Assembly: GCA_951406725.2 (NCBI GenBank)
Contig: OX597820.1
Coordinates: forward strand, 73,036,001 to 73,100,000
Length of the DNA stretch: 64,000 nt
DNA from: Octopus vulgaris
Taxonomy: Eukaryota
Reading direction: 5' to 3'
Shown: one piece after another, positions 43,003 to 56,660 of the stretch
How the letters are laid out: each line of letters opens with the position of its first letter
Numbering within the stretch: the stretch's first letter is position 1
Notes under the pieces: model-generated
The model's database searches: none
The model's input: the letters and a program-made list of their open reading frames with translations, nothing else
Told to the model about the DNA's origin: nothing
Program-made: the position numbers and the translations under genes

Positions 43003-43265
43003 TAGAGATAAAACCACCACTATTATGCAACTCAAACAGTGATAGACGTAAACCAAAACATAAATAACAAATAAATTATATTTTTATATAACATATGACT
43101 AGATCTCAAAAAGTATAAAAATGAATAATCAATTTATAATAGGTATAAAATATACATATATATGTGTATGAGTATATATATATAGCTTTCAAAATGTGAC
43201 CGCGTGTGTACCGTTGGCGATGTTTTTCCTCCGTCTTCCCTTCTTTGGATCTTTCCTTTTCCTAT

Positions 43266-43300
43266 GTTTCTGACGATGAGCTCTGCTCGAAACGTTAAAC
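43266..43300 (+). ncRNA. Minimal type I hammerhead in a PLE-type terminal fragment (~43185-43395)
   Basis: GTTT-CTGACGA-t-GAGC[tct]GCTC-GAAAC-GTT-AAAC; the fragment is flanked by (TA)n. Confidence 0.8.
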
Positions 43301-43411
43301 CCTCCTTCTTTCCTAAGCGTCCAATAATACTACACTTGTTCCACGTCCTCACGTTGCTGTGTTTACTCTTAGTGTTTTCATGTTAGGATTAACTATATAT
43401 ATATGTATATA

Positions 43412-43530
<119 letters not shown>

Positions 43531-43873
43531 GTATATACATGTATATACATATAAATATATATATATATTATATATATGACTGTCATACGATTTCGTCAAC
43601 AATTCCATTTACAAGAGCAACAATGGTCCATGCCAGAGCCACTGGTTCAACGTACCGCACAATGAGATAGATCTTTGAACATAATTACGAAGTGAACATG
43701 CTTTCAATCATTATCACGCGGCTATACCTGCAATTACGTATTTAATTAGCAATTAGGAATATGAAGCAGAGACGAAGAGGATGCATTTGGGTTTGATTTC
43801 TGATTCTGCATTCTTGCATCTCTCAATTATTTGTGAGGAATTCCCCTTTAATTTTCTTATACATATGAATTAT

Positions 43874-43946
<73 letters not shown>

Positions 43947-44420
43947 TACAGACATACATAAATACATACATACATACATACATACATACATACATTCATA
44001 CACGCACGCACACACACATACACACACGATTTCAGATTCATTAGGGAACGCTCAGGGCCCTCCAGTTTTACTTAACGTTCCAAATGCTTTATGTGTATGT
44101 TATAGTACATAACTACTAATTAAATTCGTTTCCAAATAATTAACTATTTGCGTATTAATTAGCCTCAGCATTGCCTAATTCCATGTTCTGTCCGCTATTG
44201 ATGTTTCTAACACTAAGTTCAAAAGCCAAGTTCAAAAGCTGAGCCACAATTTCAGAAACCTAACTACCGTTCTAATGAATGATGGTCTTCTTTCCGAATT
44301 ATCCATTTCATCGATTTTTGCAAATATGAATAATCATTAACACATTTCTTTAGCTCTGCAGTGATTCTGAATCTTTTGGGGCTCAGAGGCCCCTTTCACA
44401 GAATTATATTTTGCAAACGC

Positions 44421-44808
44421 AAGGCGGCGAGCTGGTAGAAACGTTAGCACACCGGGAGAAAAGCTTAGCGGTATTTCATCTGCCGCTACGTTCTGAGTTC
44501 AAATTCCGCCGAGGTTGACTTTGCCTTTCCTCCTTTCGGGGTCGATAAATTAAGTACCAGTTACGCACTGGAGTCGATGTAATCGACTTAATCCTTTTGT
44601 CTGTCCCCTCTATGTTTAGCCCCTTGTGGATAGTAAAGAAATAGGTATTTCTTCTGACTTTACGTTCTGAGTTCAAATTCCGCCGAGGTTGACTGTGCCT
44701 TTCATCCTTTCGGGATCGATCAATTAAGAACCAGTTGTGTACTGGGGTCGGTCTAATCGACTGGGCTCCTCCTCCCAAATTTCGGGCCTTGTGCCTAGAG
44801 TAGAAAAG
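44421..44808 (+). mobile_element. SINE family A dimer
   Basis: Head-core-tailX-core-tailY with a 16-bp TSD tatattttgcaaacgc (44405-44420, 44809-44824). Confidence 0.93.
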
Positions 44809-45219
44809 TATATTTTGCAAACGCCTCTTCCTTATGTTTTGTAAGAAATCACAATCAGCAAAATGACAACAGCTAATTATTTTCAAACAAACAGAAGGTA
44901 ATTTTACGAAGTGGTTTATGACTAGTATGTTCGTTGATAATCCCGTCCATTAGTGCTTTGTTTTAAGTATTTGCATAAATTAAGCATCATTCCATCATCT
45001 CTATATCTTTTCTTTTTACTTGTTTCAGTCACATGACTGCGGCCATGCTGGGGCACCACCTTGAAGAATTCTTAGTCGAATGAATTGACACAAGTACTTT
45101 TTTTTAAAGCCTGGTATTTATCCTACAGGTCTCTTTCGGCGAACCGCTACGTTACGGAGATGTGAACACAGTAACACCAGTTGTCAAGCAGAGATGGGGA
45201 ACATACACACACATGTATA

Positions 45220-45260
<41 letters not shown>

Positions 45261-45509
45261 AATAACAGAGTGACTCAAGGTCCGAGAGTGCCAACGCGCG
45301 AAACTTTCGAACCTCGAGTCACTCTGTTATTGCTGCTAAATATTAATAAATATATGTACATATACCAATTTCTTTTAGTTCTATTTTTCCTGTTTGCTTC
45401 AACATATATATATATATAGTGAGAATTTACAAAAAAACAAAAGACGAAGATGGGTGTGTAAACAACAAACAGATGTATTAGTTTAACGCTTCTCGAGAAG
45501 TGAGAAAGG

Positions 45510-45545
45510 CTTTTACGTTTCGAGCCTACACTCTTCGACAGAAAG
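45510..45545 (-). ncRNA. Hammerhead-like motif with A6U core
   Basis: CTTT-CTGTCGA-a-GAGT[gtag]GCTC-GAAAC-GTA-AAAG. A more decayed sister copy lies at ~45817-45852 (CTGGTGA...GTAAC). Confidence 0.6.
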
Positions 45546-45623
45546 AAACACAGAAATAAACAGGGAAGGAAAATAGTAAATAGAAAATAGAATGTCAATG
45601 AATATATATATATATATATATAT

Positions 45624-45728
<105 letters not shown>

Positions 45729-45883
45729 TGAAATTTATTGAAAAACAAAAGACGGAGACAGATGTATGAACAACAAGCAGGTGTATTAATTTGATGCTTG
45801 GCAAAAATGAAAAAGTTTTTTACGTTACGAGCCTACACTCTTCACCAGAAGGGAGTAAGAGGAAATACACAGAGAGAGTTTCT

Positions 45884-46302
45884 TATTACTTTACTGCCCA
45901 CAAGGGGCTACACACAGAGGGGACAAATAAGGACAGACAAGCGGATTGAGTCGATTATATCGACCCCAGTACGTAACTGGTACTTTTTTAATCGACTCCG
46001 AAAGGATGAAAGGCAATGTTGACCTCGGTGGAATTTGAACTCAGAACGTAGCAGCAGACGAAATACCTATTTCTTTACTACCCACAAAGGGCCAAACACA
46101 GAACGGACAAACAAGGACAGACAAACGGATCAAGTCGATTACATCGACCCCAGTGCGCAACTGGTACTTAATTTATCGACCCTGAAAGGATGAAAGGCAA
46201 AGTCGACCTCAGCGGAATTTGAACTCAGAACGTAACGGCAGACCAAATACCGCTAAGCACTTCGCCCGGTGGGCTAACGTTTCTGCCAGCTCCCCGCCCT
46301 AG
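45884..46302 (-). mobile_element. SINE family A dimer
   Basis: Two core-tail units plus head, with a 15-bp TSD acagagagagtttct (45869-45883, 46303-46317). Confidence 0.93.
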
Positions 46303-46599
46303 ACAGAGAGAGTTTCTGTGTATCAAATCCACTTACAAAGCTTTAAACGGCCCAAAGCTACACCAGAAGGCACTAGACCTAAGATACAACGCACTGGGAC
46401 TGAAATTGGATCCATGTGGTTACGATACAAACTTCTTATCGCAGTGTCACGTCTGCACAGATATTGAATTTTCATGAAAATTGTTTGAAAACGTGAGGAT
46501 TATACCAGGAAATTATGTTGTAACTTGGCGCAACATCAGTTATGTTTCTGCTTACTGTGATAATACGATGTCGAATTCAAATTTTAATTATTTCGATAT

Positions 46600-47000
46600 T
46601 CTATCTTTTACGAGATATTTTAGTCATTGGACTGCAATTCGGCTGGAACTGCCTTAAAAGGGTTTAGTCGAGCAAGTCCTAGTACTATTATTTTTAAATC
46701 AAGTACTTTTATTCTGTCTCTTTTGCCGAACCGCAATGTTATGGAGAATTAAACAAGCCAACACCGGTTGTCAAGCAGAGTGGGGGACAAATACAAAGGT
46801 ACACGCACATCCAGAGACACTTATAGACACACAATCACATACATGCACACACACACACATAGTTTCCGTCTACCAAATTCATTCACAAGGCATAAACAGT
46901 CATAGAAGACACTTATGCAAGGTGCTGCGTAGTGGGACTGAACCCAAAACCACGAGATTACAAAGCAAGCTTATTAACTGCACAGCCATTCCTGCGCCAT
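46600..47000 (-). mobile_element. SINE family B, decayed
   Basis: Reverse-complement body and head ending cacagccattcctgcgcc. Confidence 0.8.
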
Positions 47001-48965
47001 ATTAAATGTCAACGAAAATTATTTAAAAAGACGAGATTTTAAGAAGGAAATTATATTAGATCTTGGCGCAACTGCAGTAATGTTTCTGTTCACAGGTAAT
47101 GTAGCTAATATCTACCGATATTTTAGTTTTTAAAAATACGTTTAACATATAGCTATTGGGCCTGGTTTAAATATTTTTATTTCTAAGGATATTCGTGACC
47201 CCATCATCTCCCATAGTTCCTCCTCCCACCACTGACATTTGTCACATCCTCTTAGGTTAAAACGATTGCGTAAATGTAACGGGACCAAGATGAATCTAAA
47301 CTCGATATTATAATAATTACAAACAATAAATTTTTGCCTCAGTTATCTCATGCTGGCGATTTCTAATAAGAATGAAATGGTTCTATACATAATTACGTAT
47401 GACTAGATATTTTAAGGTCTTTGTAATAAAGTAAGAGAAAACAAATTAAATATGTATATTCCCTGTATCTTCTTCCTTGTTCTTCGATTTAAATTCAAAT
47501 TTCTAACTCGGCCAACATTCATTTAGGGATGATTATCTCCCTTACAATAACTGACCTCCAGGGCCGGCGATGAGTTTGAAATAGTGAAACGTTCATATTA
47601 GATTGAAAACTTTTGTTACCAGGATAAAATTACAAAAGGGAGCAATATGGATATATATATATACTGTAAGACGAAGGGCTGCACGTTCTTTAGTTATTTA
47701 GTCAAATTTAGCTACCGTGACTAAAATCATACTGGAGCAGCGCTTATGTGATCTAAATTTAAAAAACAAAAAACAATAAAGCTGCTTGACGAGTATTTCA
47801 TAATGTAAAATAAACAACCCTGAAATGAAATGGTGTGGTTGGTAGAGTTGTTAATAGTAAACGGAATGTCAATGTTGATGTCGGTGTAATTAATCTGTAA
47901 CACAGCAGGTCTCCGAACTGGCGGAGCCGAGCGAAACCCAGCATGTAGCTAAGGTAACTTATTGAAACTGTTCAAAATCTATTTATGTGATGTGACTAAA
48001 AATGGCGTGAAACAGAACATTTTCATTCGGGCTAGCAGCCAATAAGTACAACAAGGCAAGCCTTTAGTCTTCGGTTGTCATATTTCTTCTCTTCATTCCA
48101 GTGAACACAACAACGTAACACAACAGTAAATAGACTGCCTACTTAAAAGCATGGCACGTCAGTTAGTTCAAGGACCACATTGTCAATTGCAATAGATCAT
48201 TCAACGAACGAAGATATGTGTGCAGTTATATAGAATGTTGTGAAACACTCTCTGAAAAGAGTTGTTCAGAGATATCATATACAGCAGCAGATGGATCGGT
48301 GCAATGCGTTTTAATTATATTCTTTATACAAAGACTGAATACGATATGGTAAAATGGGTACTTCTATATATTTCCCATGACGCACAGCAGAATGGTGGAA
48401 ATTGAAGAAATATTAATAAAACATCGAAGAATTGGTGGATATATTTATTTGTTGTATTTTTCTTTGCCTTTTTTTAGTGCAGATTGCTTGTGAATTATTC
48501 GAGTTACGTGAATAGCCGTCTTAAACTGAGCGTGCGAATACGTGTGGATGCATATGTATATATATATATATATGTGTGTATGTGTGATGTGTGTGTGTAT
48601 GTACATATATATACACGTACATGCACACGTTTATATGTGCGTAGTGTTTCGGTGTGTGTGTGTATGTGTATGTGTATGTGCACGCGAGCGCGTGTTTTCT
48701 CCTTTTGTGTATTTGCATGTGTGTAAATATGACTGAAGAAAATAACCAGGCTCGCACGCACACGATGCACATGCACACACATGCACACACATATGCACAC
48801 ACACATGCCTCTTTGCCCCTTTCACTAGCTTGTCTGTTTAGCATCATCATCGTCGTATATGTGTGCGTGTGTATATATGCGTATATACATACGTTTTATA
48901 TATGTACATATATATACGCCATATATGTGTGTGGGTGCGTATGTATATGTATATATATATATACT

Positions 48966-49169
48966 GTTATTCTTTTACTTTTTTCAGTTATTTGACTGTA
49001 GCCATACTGGAGCACCGCCTTTAGTTGAACAAGTCGACCCCAGGACTTATTCTTTGTAAGCCTAGTACTTATTCCATCGGTCTCTTTTGCCAAACCACTA
49101 CGTTACAGGCACGTAGACACACCAACATCGGTTCTCAACCGATGGTGGGGGCCAATCACAGACACACAA

Positions 49170-49215
<46 letters not shown>

Positions 49216-49566
49216 CGGAGATGTACTTGCATAGCAAGTGACCTGATCTGAGATCGTATGCTGGAACAAAAACAATTGCAGCGTGGAAGGTATTTATAAG
49301 CCATATAAGAAACACAATTCCGAGCTGCATGGAATTTTGTCAGTGATCAGGTCGCGGTCTCAAAGCGACGAAAGTATTTTGGCAAATTAAATATAAATGT
49401 TGAAGTGAATCTAACGGTTTTTGTGTGTTTCATAAATGGCTTATAAACACCTTCCACGCTGCAATTGTATAGAAGACACTTGCCCAAGGTGGGACCCAGT
49501 GGTTCTGAACCCGGAACCATATGGTTGGGAAGCAAGCTTCTTACCACACAGACACGCCTGCGCCTA
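48966..49566 (-). mobile_element. SINE family B interrupted by a palindromic insertion (49212-49468)
   Basis: Body 48966-49180, (TA)n, inserted element with inverted arms 49272-49316 / 49424-49468, then head 49469-49566. Confidence 0.85.
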
Positions 49567-50661
49567 TATATACATTTTATGTATATGAGTGTGTGCATGT
49601 ATAGCAATATGTACGTTTTATATATGTATATACATATATAGATATGTATGTAAACAAATGTGTATGTCTGTGTGTGTGTGTGTATGTGTGTGTGTGTGAT
49701 GTACGTACGTATGTATGTATGCATAGATATTCAGACAGAAAATTTATATACACACATACACAAGAACAAATTCATGCACATAGAAGCATATGTATATGTA
49801 TATATGCATACACGCTGAGAAAAATATACATATATAAATACTAACATATATTCACGTACTCATAAGTATGTGTGTATGACAATGATTATATACATGCAAA
49901 ACATGGGTTTCATAGATTTTACGTTTGATGTAAGTCCTGCTAAATATAAAAATCTATCCAATGACCTGCAGGCTTAGTTAGACTGTTTTAAGCTGGTGAT
50001 TCTGATAGGCGGAAACATGTCCATAGTTATTCTCTTGCCTGCAATGGTCACCTTATAATTTTCGTGCATTATTCACCTTGAGAAAGTAATTCTTAATTTT
50101 TCGTAACCATTGCTAGGTTTTTAATGTCTTTCCCCAATTAAGAACCGTTCTGGTGACAGAGTTCACTTGATCATCATTGAACTTAGTTATCCCAACTCAT
50201 GCTGTTGGTCCCCATATATATATAAACACGCAATAAGTCGAAACAGGGGCAGCTGAGGAAGGGGAATGTTCCTTGTGTTGTATGTCTTGTACTCTGTTTT
50301 TTCTTTGTTAAAAAAAGCGCGTTTCCATATTTTGTTTTTATGTTTTCGTTTCTCGTTGTGTTCTACGTTTTTTTGTGTGGTGTCCTGTACCTATATATGC
50401 ATGTATATATACATATAGATGTAGGTATGTACATATATGTATGTATGCATATGTTTTGTTTATTAAATTGTTATTATATATATATACACACACACACACA
50501 TACCTATTCATGTATGTATATGTGTATATTTATAGCTGCATGGACTCGCATTGAACCACGAATGTATCAAAAAAGTTTTGTGTGTGTGTAAATATATATA
50601 CATACACACATACGCGACACGACACATACAAATTCACACGCATGTGTGAGTGAGTGTTTAT

Positions 50662-50695
<34 letters not shown>

Positions 50696-50922
50696 TTTTT
50701 CATCCACAATGGAGACGAACGCCATTTCTCCACGTGATCGGCTTGAAAAATTGTTAAGATATTAAGATATTTTTCTTAACATGAAACCAATGGTAGCGTT
50801 AATACACAAATAAAAAAATTTTATCCACCAATGTGGTGTTGAGCACTAATTCACATTGTTCGATATTTGCACACACACGCACACACGCACACACAGACAG
50901 ACAGACAGACAGACAGATAGAC

Positions 50923-51022
<100 letters not shown>

Positions 51023-51097
51023 GAATGGGTGGATATGCATACATATATATTACGAGTGAGTAAGTGAGCAATCTCAACATATAGGGTTCGATCACAT

Positions 51098-51830
51098 GTG
51101 TTTAATAACAGTTTGACTCAACTCCATATTACTGTTAGTGCTTGTTTCCTCAATAGAGGGAGTGTCGCCGCCAATTTTGATACAACAAATAAGGTGCTCT
51201 TTACATTGAAGAATCTGGCTGACACCATGCCCATCGTTTTCGGGAGAAATTTCGAAGCATACTACTACGTCGTTTCCCACTTCAACACTACAGGCCATTC
51301 CATCACTCATATATCAGAATGCGCCATCTCCGCACACAATGGAACCATATTCTCAAGAAAACAGAGGGAACAACGTTTCATATTTGAACTTGGTACGATG
51401 TCACTGACAGGCTTCAATGTTTTTCTTTCTACCCCTATATCTTCTTTTCGTTCATTAAACACATTTTTATCCTCCAATTGCCTTCTCACCTTATCTTTCA
51501 TTTCACTTCATTTTCACCATCCATCCGCTTCTGCGTGTTCCATTCTGTTTTCTTTGTACCTTTCTCCCTCTGTTTCTGTCTCCAACCATTTCTTGTCCTT
51601 TATGAAGCATCCGCCGTTTTGCGTTGCTTGCCAGTCGCAGCCAAGTATTTTAACTTAAATGATATACAACGCTGCTGCCTCTTATTAACTTTACTCCTGT
51701 CAATTACACGCTGAAGAAAGACTTATTCCGAAACGTTGGATTTTCCAACCTCCACACCAAGTCCACTCTACTGCTTTTATCGTTTTACGAAATAACACAA
51801 GTCTTGCTGCTGCAGACCAATACCAGTCTC
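51098..51830 (+). pseudogene. PLE (Neptune-like) 3' end: GIY-YIG C-terminal remnant, pyrimidine-rich UTR and decayed HHR (51708-51740)
   Basis: VVSHFNTTGHSITHI...RKQREQRFIFELGTMSLTGFNV in ORF 51098-51658 fits the VxxHFNxxxHS...RxxxExxxIxxLGTxxPxGLN pattern. CTGAAGA...GAAACGTT lies downstream. Confidence 0.7.
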
Positions 51831-52853
51831 TTTAGAATTTGTTTGATCATATGTGTGTATGTGTGTATACACACATATACCTATACATATACGCATACAA
51901 AAATATATACATACATACACTTAAGAGATAGGCTATTTTAGAAGGAAAAGGTAGGGGCGAAATATGATAAATGTGGAGGGTTTCTCAGATGTTGTCCTCC
52001 ACTTTGTGTGTGTTTATGTGTTCCCGTATCTGCACAACCACTCTTCCTTAACACTTTTCCGAACTCCCCGCCCTATAGAACAATATTCCCACCTGTTTTC
52101 CACCCAACCACCCGCATTTTTCTTTTTCTCTCAATGACTGTTTCTTTTCCTCGCTCTCTTTCTGCGTCTGTCTTTCTTCTGGTGAATGGCTAGCGTCCAA
52201 AACGTTGGGTTCTTCTCCTTCCAAAATAGCATTAAGCTAATATCGTATTTATTAAACCTTGCCTTTCGTGTGTTGTGCCCATTTATTTCTCATTGTATTT
52301 ACATGTGGGTATGACAGGCTGTGCATGTATGTATATTTATCTACACACATGCACACTTTTGTTCACATGCAAATAGATTTATATACACACGCACACATGA
52401 CTAGACACATAAATGTATAAGCATAAGCACATACACATATACAAACAGTTATACATATACATCTAATATACGCTTATATATATCTACACATACACCCACT
52501 GTATAATACGTGTAGATGTGCATACATTTTTACACCTACATACAAACATGCGTAAACACTTATACGTTTTTCAGTTTGTACTTTGGCCATGCTGGGGCAC
52601 CACCTTGACGGCTTTTAGCCAATCACATCAACATCAGTACCAATTTAAAGTCTTCTACTTTTTCTATCGGTTTCGTTTTACTGACCTGCAAATTTACAGG
52701 GACGTAAGCAAACCAACACCGGTATTCAAGTGGTCGAGGCTTTGCATATCTGCGTCAGTGTATCAACTTTTTGTTGTCATTATTTTTTTGTTATTATCTT
52801 TTTGTTCTCTCTCTCCCTTCATTTTTTTCTTTCTTTCGTTCTTTCTTTCTCTC

Positions 52854-52908
<55 letters not shown>

Positions 52909-52913
52909 CTCTT

Positions 52914-52971
<58 letters not shown>

Positions 52972-53079
52972 GGTATGTGTGTGTATGTATGTATAAATGT
53001 ATGTATGTGTGTGCGTATCTATGTGCATGTGTGTGCAAGCGTGTATATGTGTCTGCGTTTATGTGTGTGTGTCTGCGTT

Positions 53080-53138
<59 letters not shown>

Positions 53139-53279
53139 GTGTTGAACGTGAAGGATTGCACTTGACAGCAGTTAGCGAATGGCTAAAGGATGATAAAGAA
53201 ACATGGCTGCTGTAATGGATTGATTGGCGAAATGAGGTAGCAAGCAGCGTGGTTGAGCGGCAGTGATGGTAATTGAATT

Positions 53280-53890
53280 GTGGTAGCGGCGGTGGTGGTG
53301 GTGGTGGTGGTAGGCGTGGTGAGGTGGGATGGGTGTATGTGGGGTGGGGTGGGTTTTAGATGGATGTTGTGGCGGAGGCGGCGGAGGCGGCGGGGGTGAT
53401 GGTGGTGGTGGTGAGGTGGGTGTCTGTGGGTTGGGTTGGGTTTTAGATGGCTGCGGTGTTAGAGGTGGAGGCGGAGGTGGTGGTCGCCATGATGGACGTG
53501 GTAGTCGGTTTATTATTGTAGTGGATAATGGCTGTGATGGTGATGATAATGATGATGATGAAGTTGATATCATGACCACTACTACTACTACGATGACGAC
53601 GACGACGATGAGGACAATGATGATGATAACAGCGACAACGATGATGACGATGATGATGACAACGACGATGATGATGACAACGATAATGATGAATATGACA
53701 TCGATGATGATGGAGTTGATGACGACGACGATGATGATGATGATGATGACAATATGATGATGATGATGATGATGATGATGACGACGATGATGATGACAAT
53801 GATACGATGAATACGACGACGACGGTGATTATGAAGATGAAGCAGATGATGACGATGATGATGATGATGATGATGAATGATGATGATAGA
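53280..53890. repeat. Low-complexity (GGT)n/(GAT)n/(GAC)n tract
   Basis: Directly visible. Confidence 0.9.
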
Positions 53891-54059
53891 AATTGAAACT
53901 GTGATGATTTCTGGTTAGTAATTGTAAAGGCGTTAGTGGTAGCGTAGTTGCTTATTAGTGATGTTGGTACAGCTGGATGTGGGTCAGTGACGATGGAGAT
54001 AATGGTTGTGTTGTTGTGATGATGATGATGATGATGATGATGGTGGTGGAGAAATTCGG

Positions 54060-54094
<35 letters not shown>

Positions 54095-54382
54095 GCTGTT
54101 GTGGTAATTGCCGTGATAGTAACTATGGGGAGTAGCGAATGTGCTTATTTATTTGTTTGTTCGTTCATTTTGTTTAAGGTGGTGCGTCTGGGATGATGGA
54201 GGGGGGTCGTGCCAAGATGGTGGCGGTGATAACTGGGAAGGATGAGTAAATAAATATATGCGGTGTTAGTTGTGGCGGCGATGGGTGTCTTCCATCGGAC
54301 AGCTACAGCAAAGCGTTTGTGTCTTGATAAAGTATCGCTAACGAATGCTGAAGGGTGAGTTAAGATAGAAAGAAAATAATGT

Positions 54383-54824
54383 GGCCTGGCTGTGCGGTTA
54401 AGAAACTTGCTTTGAAACCACGCGGTTTTGAGTTCAGTCCCACTATGTCGCACTTTGGGTAAACGACTTGTATTATATCTCTGGGCTGACCAATGGCTTG
54501 CGAGTAAATTTGGGAGACGAACACTGGAAAATCGAAGTATGTATCGTCGCCATTATGCAAAAGTGTCGTAAGTCCAAAACGTTGCTTTTTCAGAAAACGA
54601 AAGAATAGTTTCAACATTCCATAGCAAAACCGTTGTACTACAATTTGACAGGATTTGATATTTTGGCATCTGAAGCAGCTGGAGATACAATAGTTTGATC
54701 AAAAAGAACCGGCTATGAGAAGCAAAAGTTAATATTGAAAAAAAAAAAAAAAAACGCATTTGGTCAAATTTGGACATACGACAATTTAACATAATAGCAA
54801 CGATATATAATCTAATATTATATA

Positions 54825-54867
<43 letters not shown>

Positions 54868-55114
54868 GGGTGGGGAGAGAATTCACAAAAAAAAAACAAA
54901 AGACGAAGACAGGTGGTGTAGACAACAAACAGATGTATTAGTTTAACATTCGGGAAGTGAAAAGTCTTTAACGTTTCGAGCCTACGCTCTTCCGCAGAAA
55001 GGAACACAGAAAGAAACAAGGAGAGAAAATAAAGAATGTGTAGTGGCTAACGCACGAGAGTATATATAATGTGTAAGTGTCTGAGAGAGTGTATGTGTTT
55101 GCGACTCTGTATGA

Positions 55115-55175
<61 letters not shown>

Positions 55176-55290
55176 CGTGGCGTGTGTGTGGCTTTGTGTT
55201 TGTTCTGCACAATATGACAACCGGTGTTGATTTGCTTACGTCTTCGTAACTTAGCATTTCGGCAAAGGGACCAAAAGAATTTGTACCCGA
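54383..55290 (+). mobile_element. SINE family B, decayed and interrupted
   Basis: Head ~54383-54550 and body ~55190-55290, with an HHR-bearing fragment and (TA)n/(TG)n between. Confidence 0.65.
54966..55001 (-). ncRNA. Hammerhead-like motif with perfect stems and A6C core
   Basis: CTTT-CTGCGGA-a-GAGC[gtag]GCTC-GAAAC-GTT-AAAG within a fragment (~54875-55055) homologous to ~45420-45600. Confidence 0.65.
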
Positions 55291-55919
55291 CAGAAGCCTT
55301 TGCCTGTCCAAAACATTTTCATATGTTTGTCATAAAACATCCATGCTTGTGTTCAGACATTTAGTTGGCCCTTGTTTCATACGCTTTGAGAACATTAAAG
55401 TTTTCCTTTCATAAATCTCTAGTAATTACTGTGCATAGGTCGGGGAACTGTTTTAACCGACTACCCCAAAACATATTTGGTTACGTTGATGTTACCCCTT
55501 GATTTCGAAAGAAGAAAATCATAGATTATTTAAATTCAAAAGGCTTGTTGAATCGATTTATATGGCAAATACAATTATAAATGTAAAAACTATAAAATAA
55601 ATGCGATAAAATAAATTAATGTCCTCATTATGAAACAAAATGATTTTTCCAGAAACTTTTTCAGTTCAGGTTTTGGAGAAATGATATTGTTTCGTTTTTG
55701 TTACAACTACATCAAAATTGGGGTATTTTGATGCCTGGGCAATTTGGATAGTCTTCGGGATCCAATCGATTACTCTTCATTGATTTTATGTTCATTAGAG
55801 TGGAAAATCCTTGTTTGAAATGGTAGGCTGTTGCAAAAGGCAGCAACTTTTTGACAGCTTTCTCATGCCAGAAGAAAAATGTCTGTCGTAATAAGGAACG
55901 TGTTTATGTATATATATAT

Positions 55920-56214
55920 AATTTAGATTCAGATGAATATGGTACTTAAGTTGAGGCACCAGAATATAGTGTGGTATTATCCATATAATTTCAAAATAAA
56001 GTGATTAAAATCAAAATTAGCAGCATGGATATCCAGATGTAATGCAGTACGATCGTTTCGTGTGACTCCATTTAATTGAACAATGCAATCATTTCATTAC
56101 ATCAAGTTAAAATGTAATGCGATGTAATGAAATGATTGCATTGTTCAATTAAATGGAGTCGAATGAAACGATCGTACTGCATTACCTCTGGATATCCTTG
56201 TTGCTTATTTTGAT
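55920..56214. mobile_element. Asymmetric palindrome built from the 3' half of the 22568 hammerhead element
   Basis: Arms ~56010-56103 and ~56121-56214 each carry GAAACgatcGTActg; a ~90-bp unpaired tail on the left; TA-rich flanks. Confidence 0.85.
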
Positions 56215-56233
56215 ATAATATATATATTATATA

Positions 56234-56404
56234 GTGGCGGGAGTGGCTGTGTGGTAAGTAGCTTGCTAACCAACCACATGGTTCCGGGTTCAGTCCCACT
56301 GCGTGGCATCTTGGGCAAGTGTCTTCTGCTATAGCCTCGGGCCGACCAAAGCCTTGTGAGTGGATTTGGTAGACGGAAACTGAAAGAAGTCTGTCGTATA
56401 TATG

Positions 56405-56452
<48 letters not shown>

Positions 56453-56660
56453 TGTGTTTGTCCCCCTAGCATTGCTTGACAACTGATGCTGGTGTGTTTA
56501 CGTCCCCGTCACTTAGCGGTTCGGCAAAAGAGACCGATAGAATAAGTACTGGGCTTACAAAGAATAAGTCCCGGGGTCAATTTGCTCGACTAAAGGCGGT
56601 GCTCCAGCATGGCCGCAGTCAAATGACTGAAACAAGTAAAAGAGTAAAGAGTAAAAGAGT
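56234..56660 (+). mobile_element. SINE family B, essentially full-length (tRNA-derived head, CORE-like TTGGGCAAGT, internal microsatellite, LINE-type tail)
   Basis: A-box TGGCTGTGTGG, B-box GGTTCAGTCC, internal (TA)n(TG)n and tail GGCGGTGCTCCAGCATGGCCGCAGTCAAATGACTGAAACAAG(TAAAAGAG)n. Confidence 0.95.
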
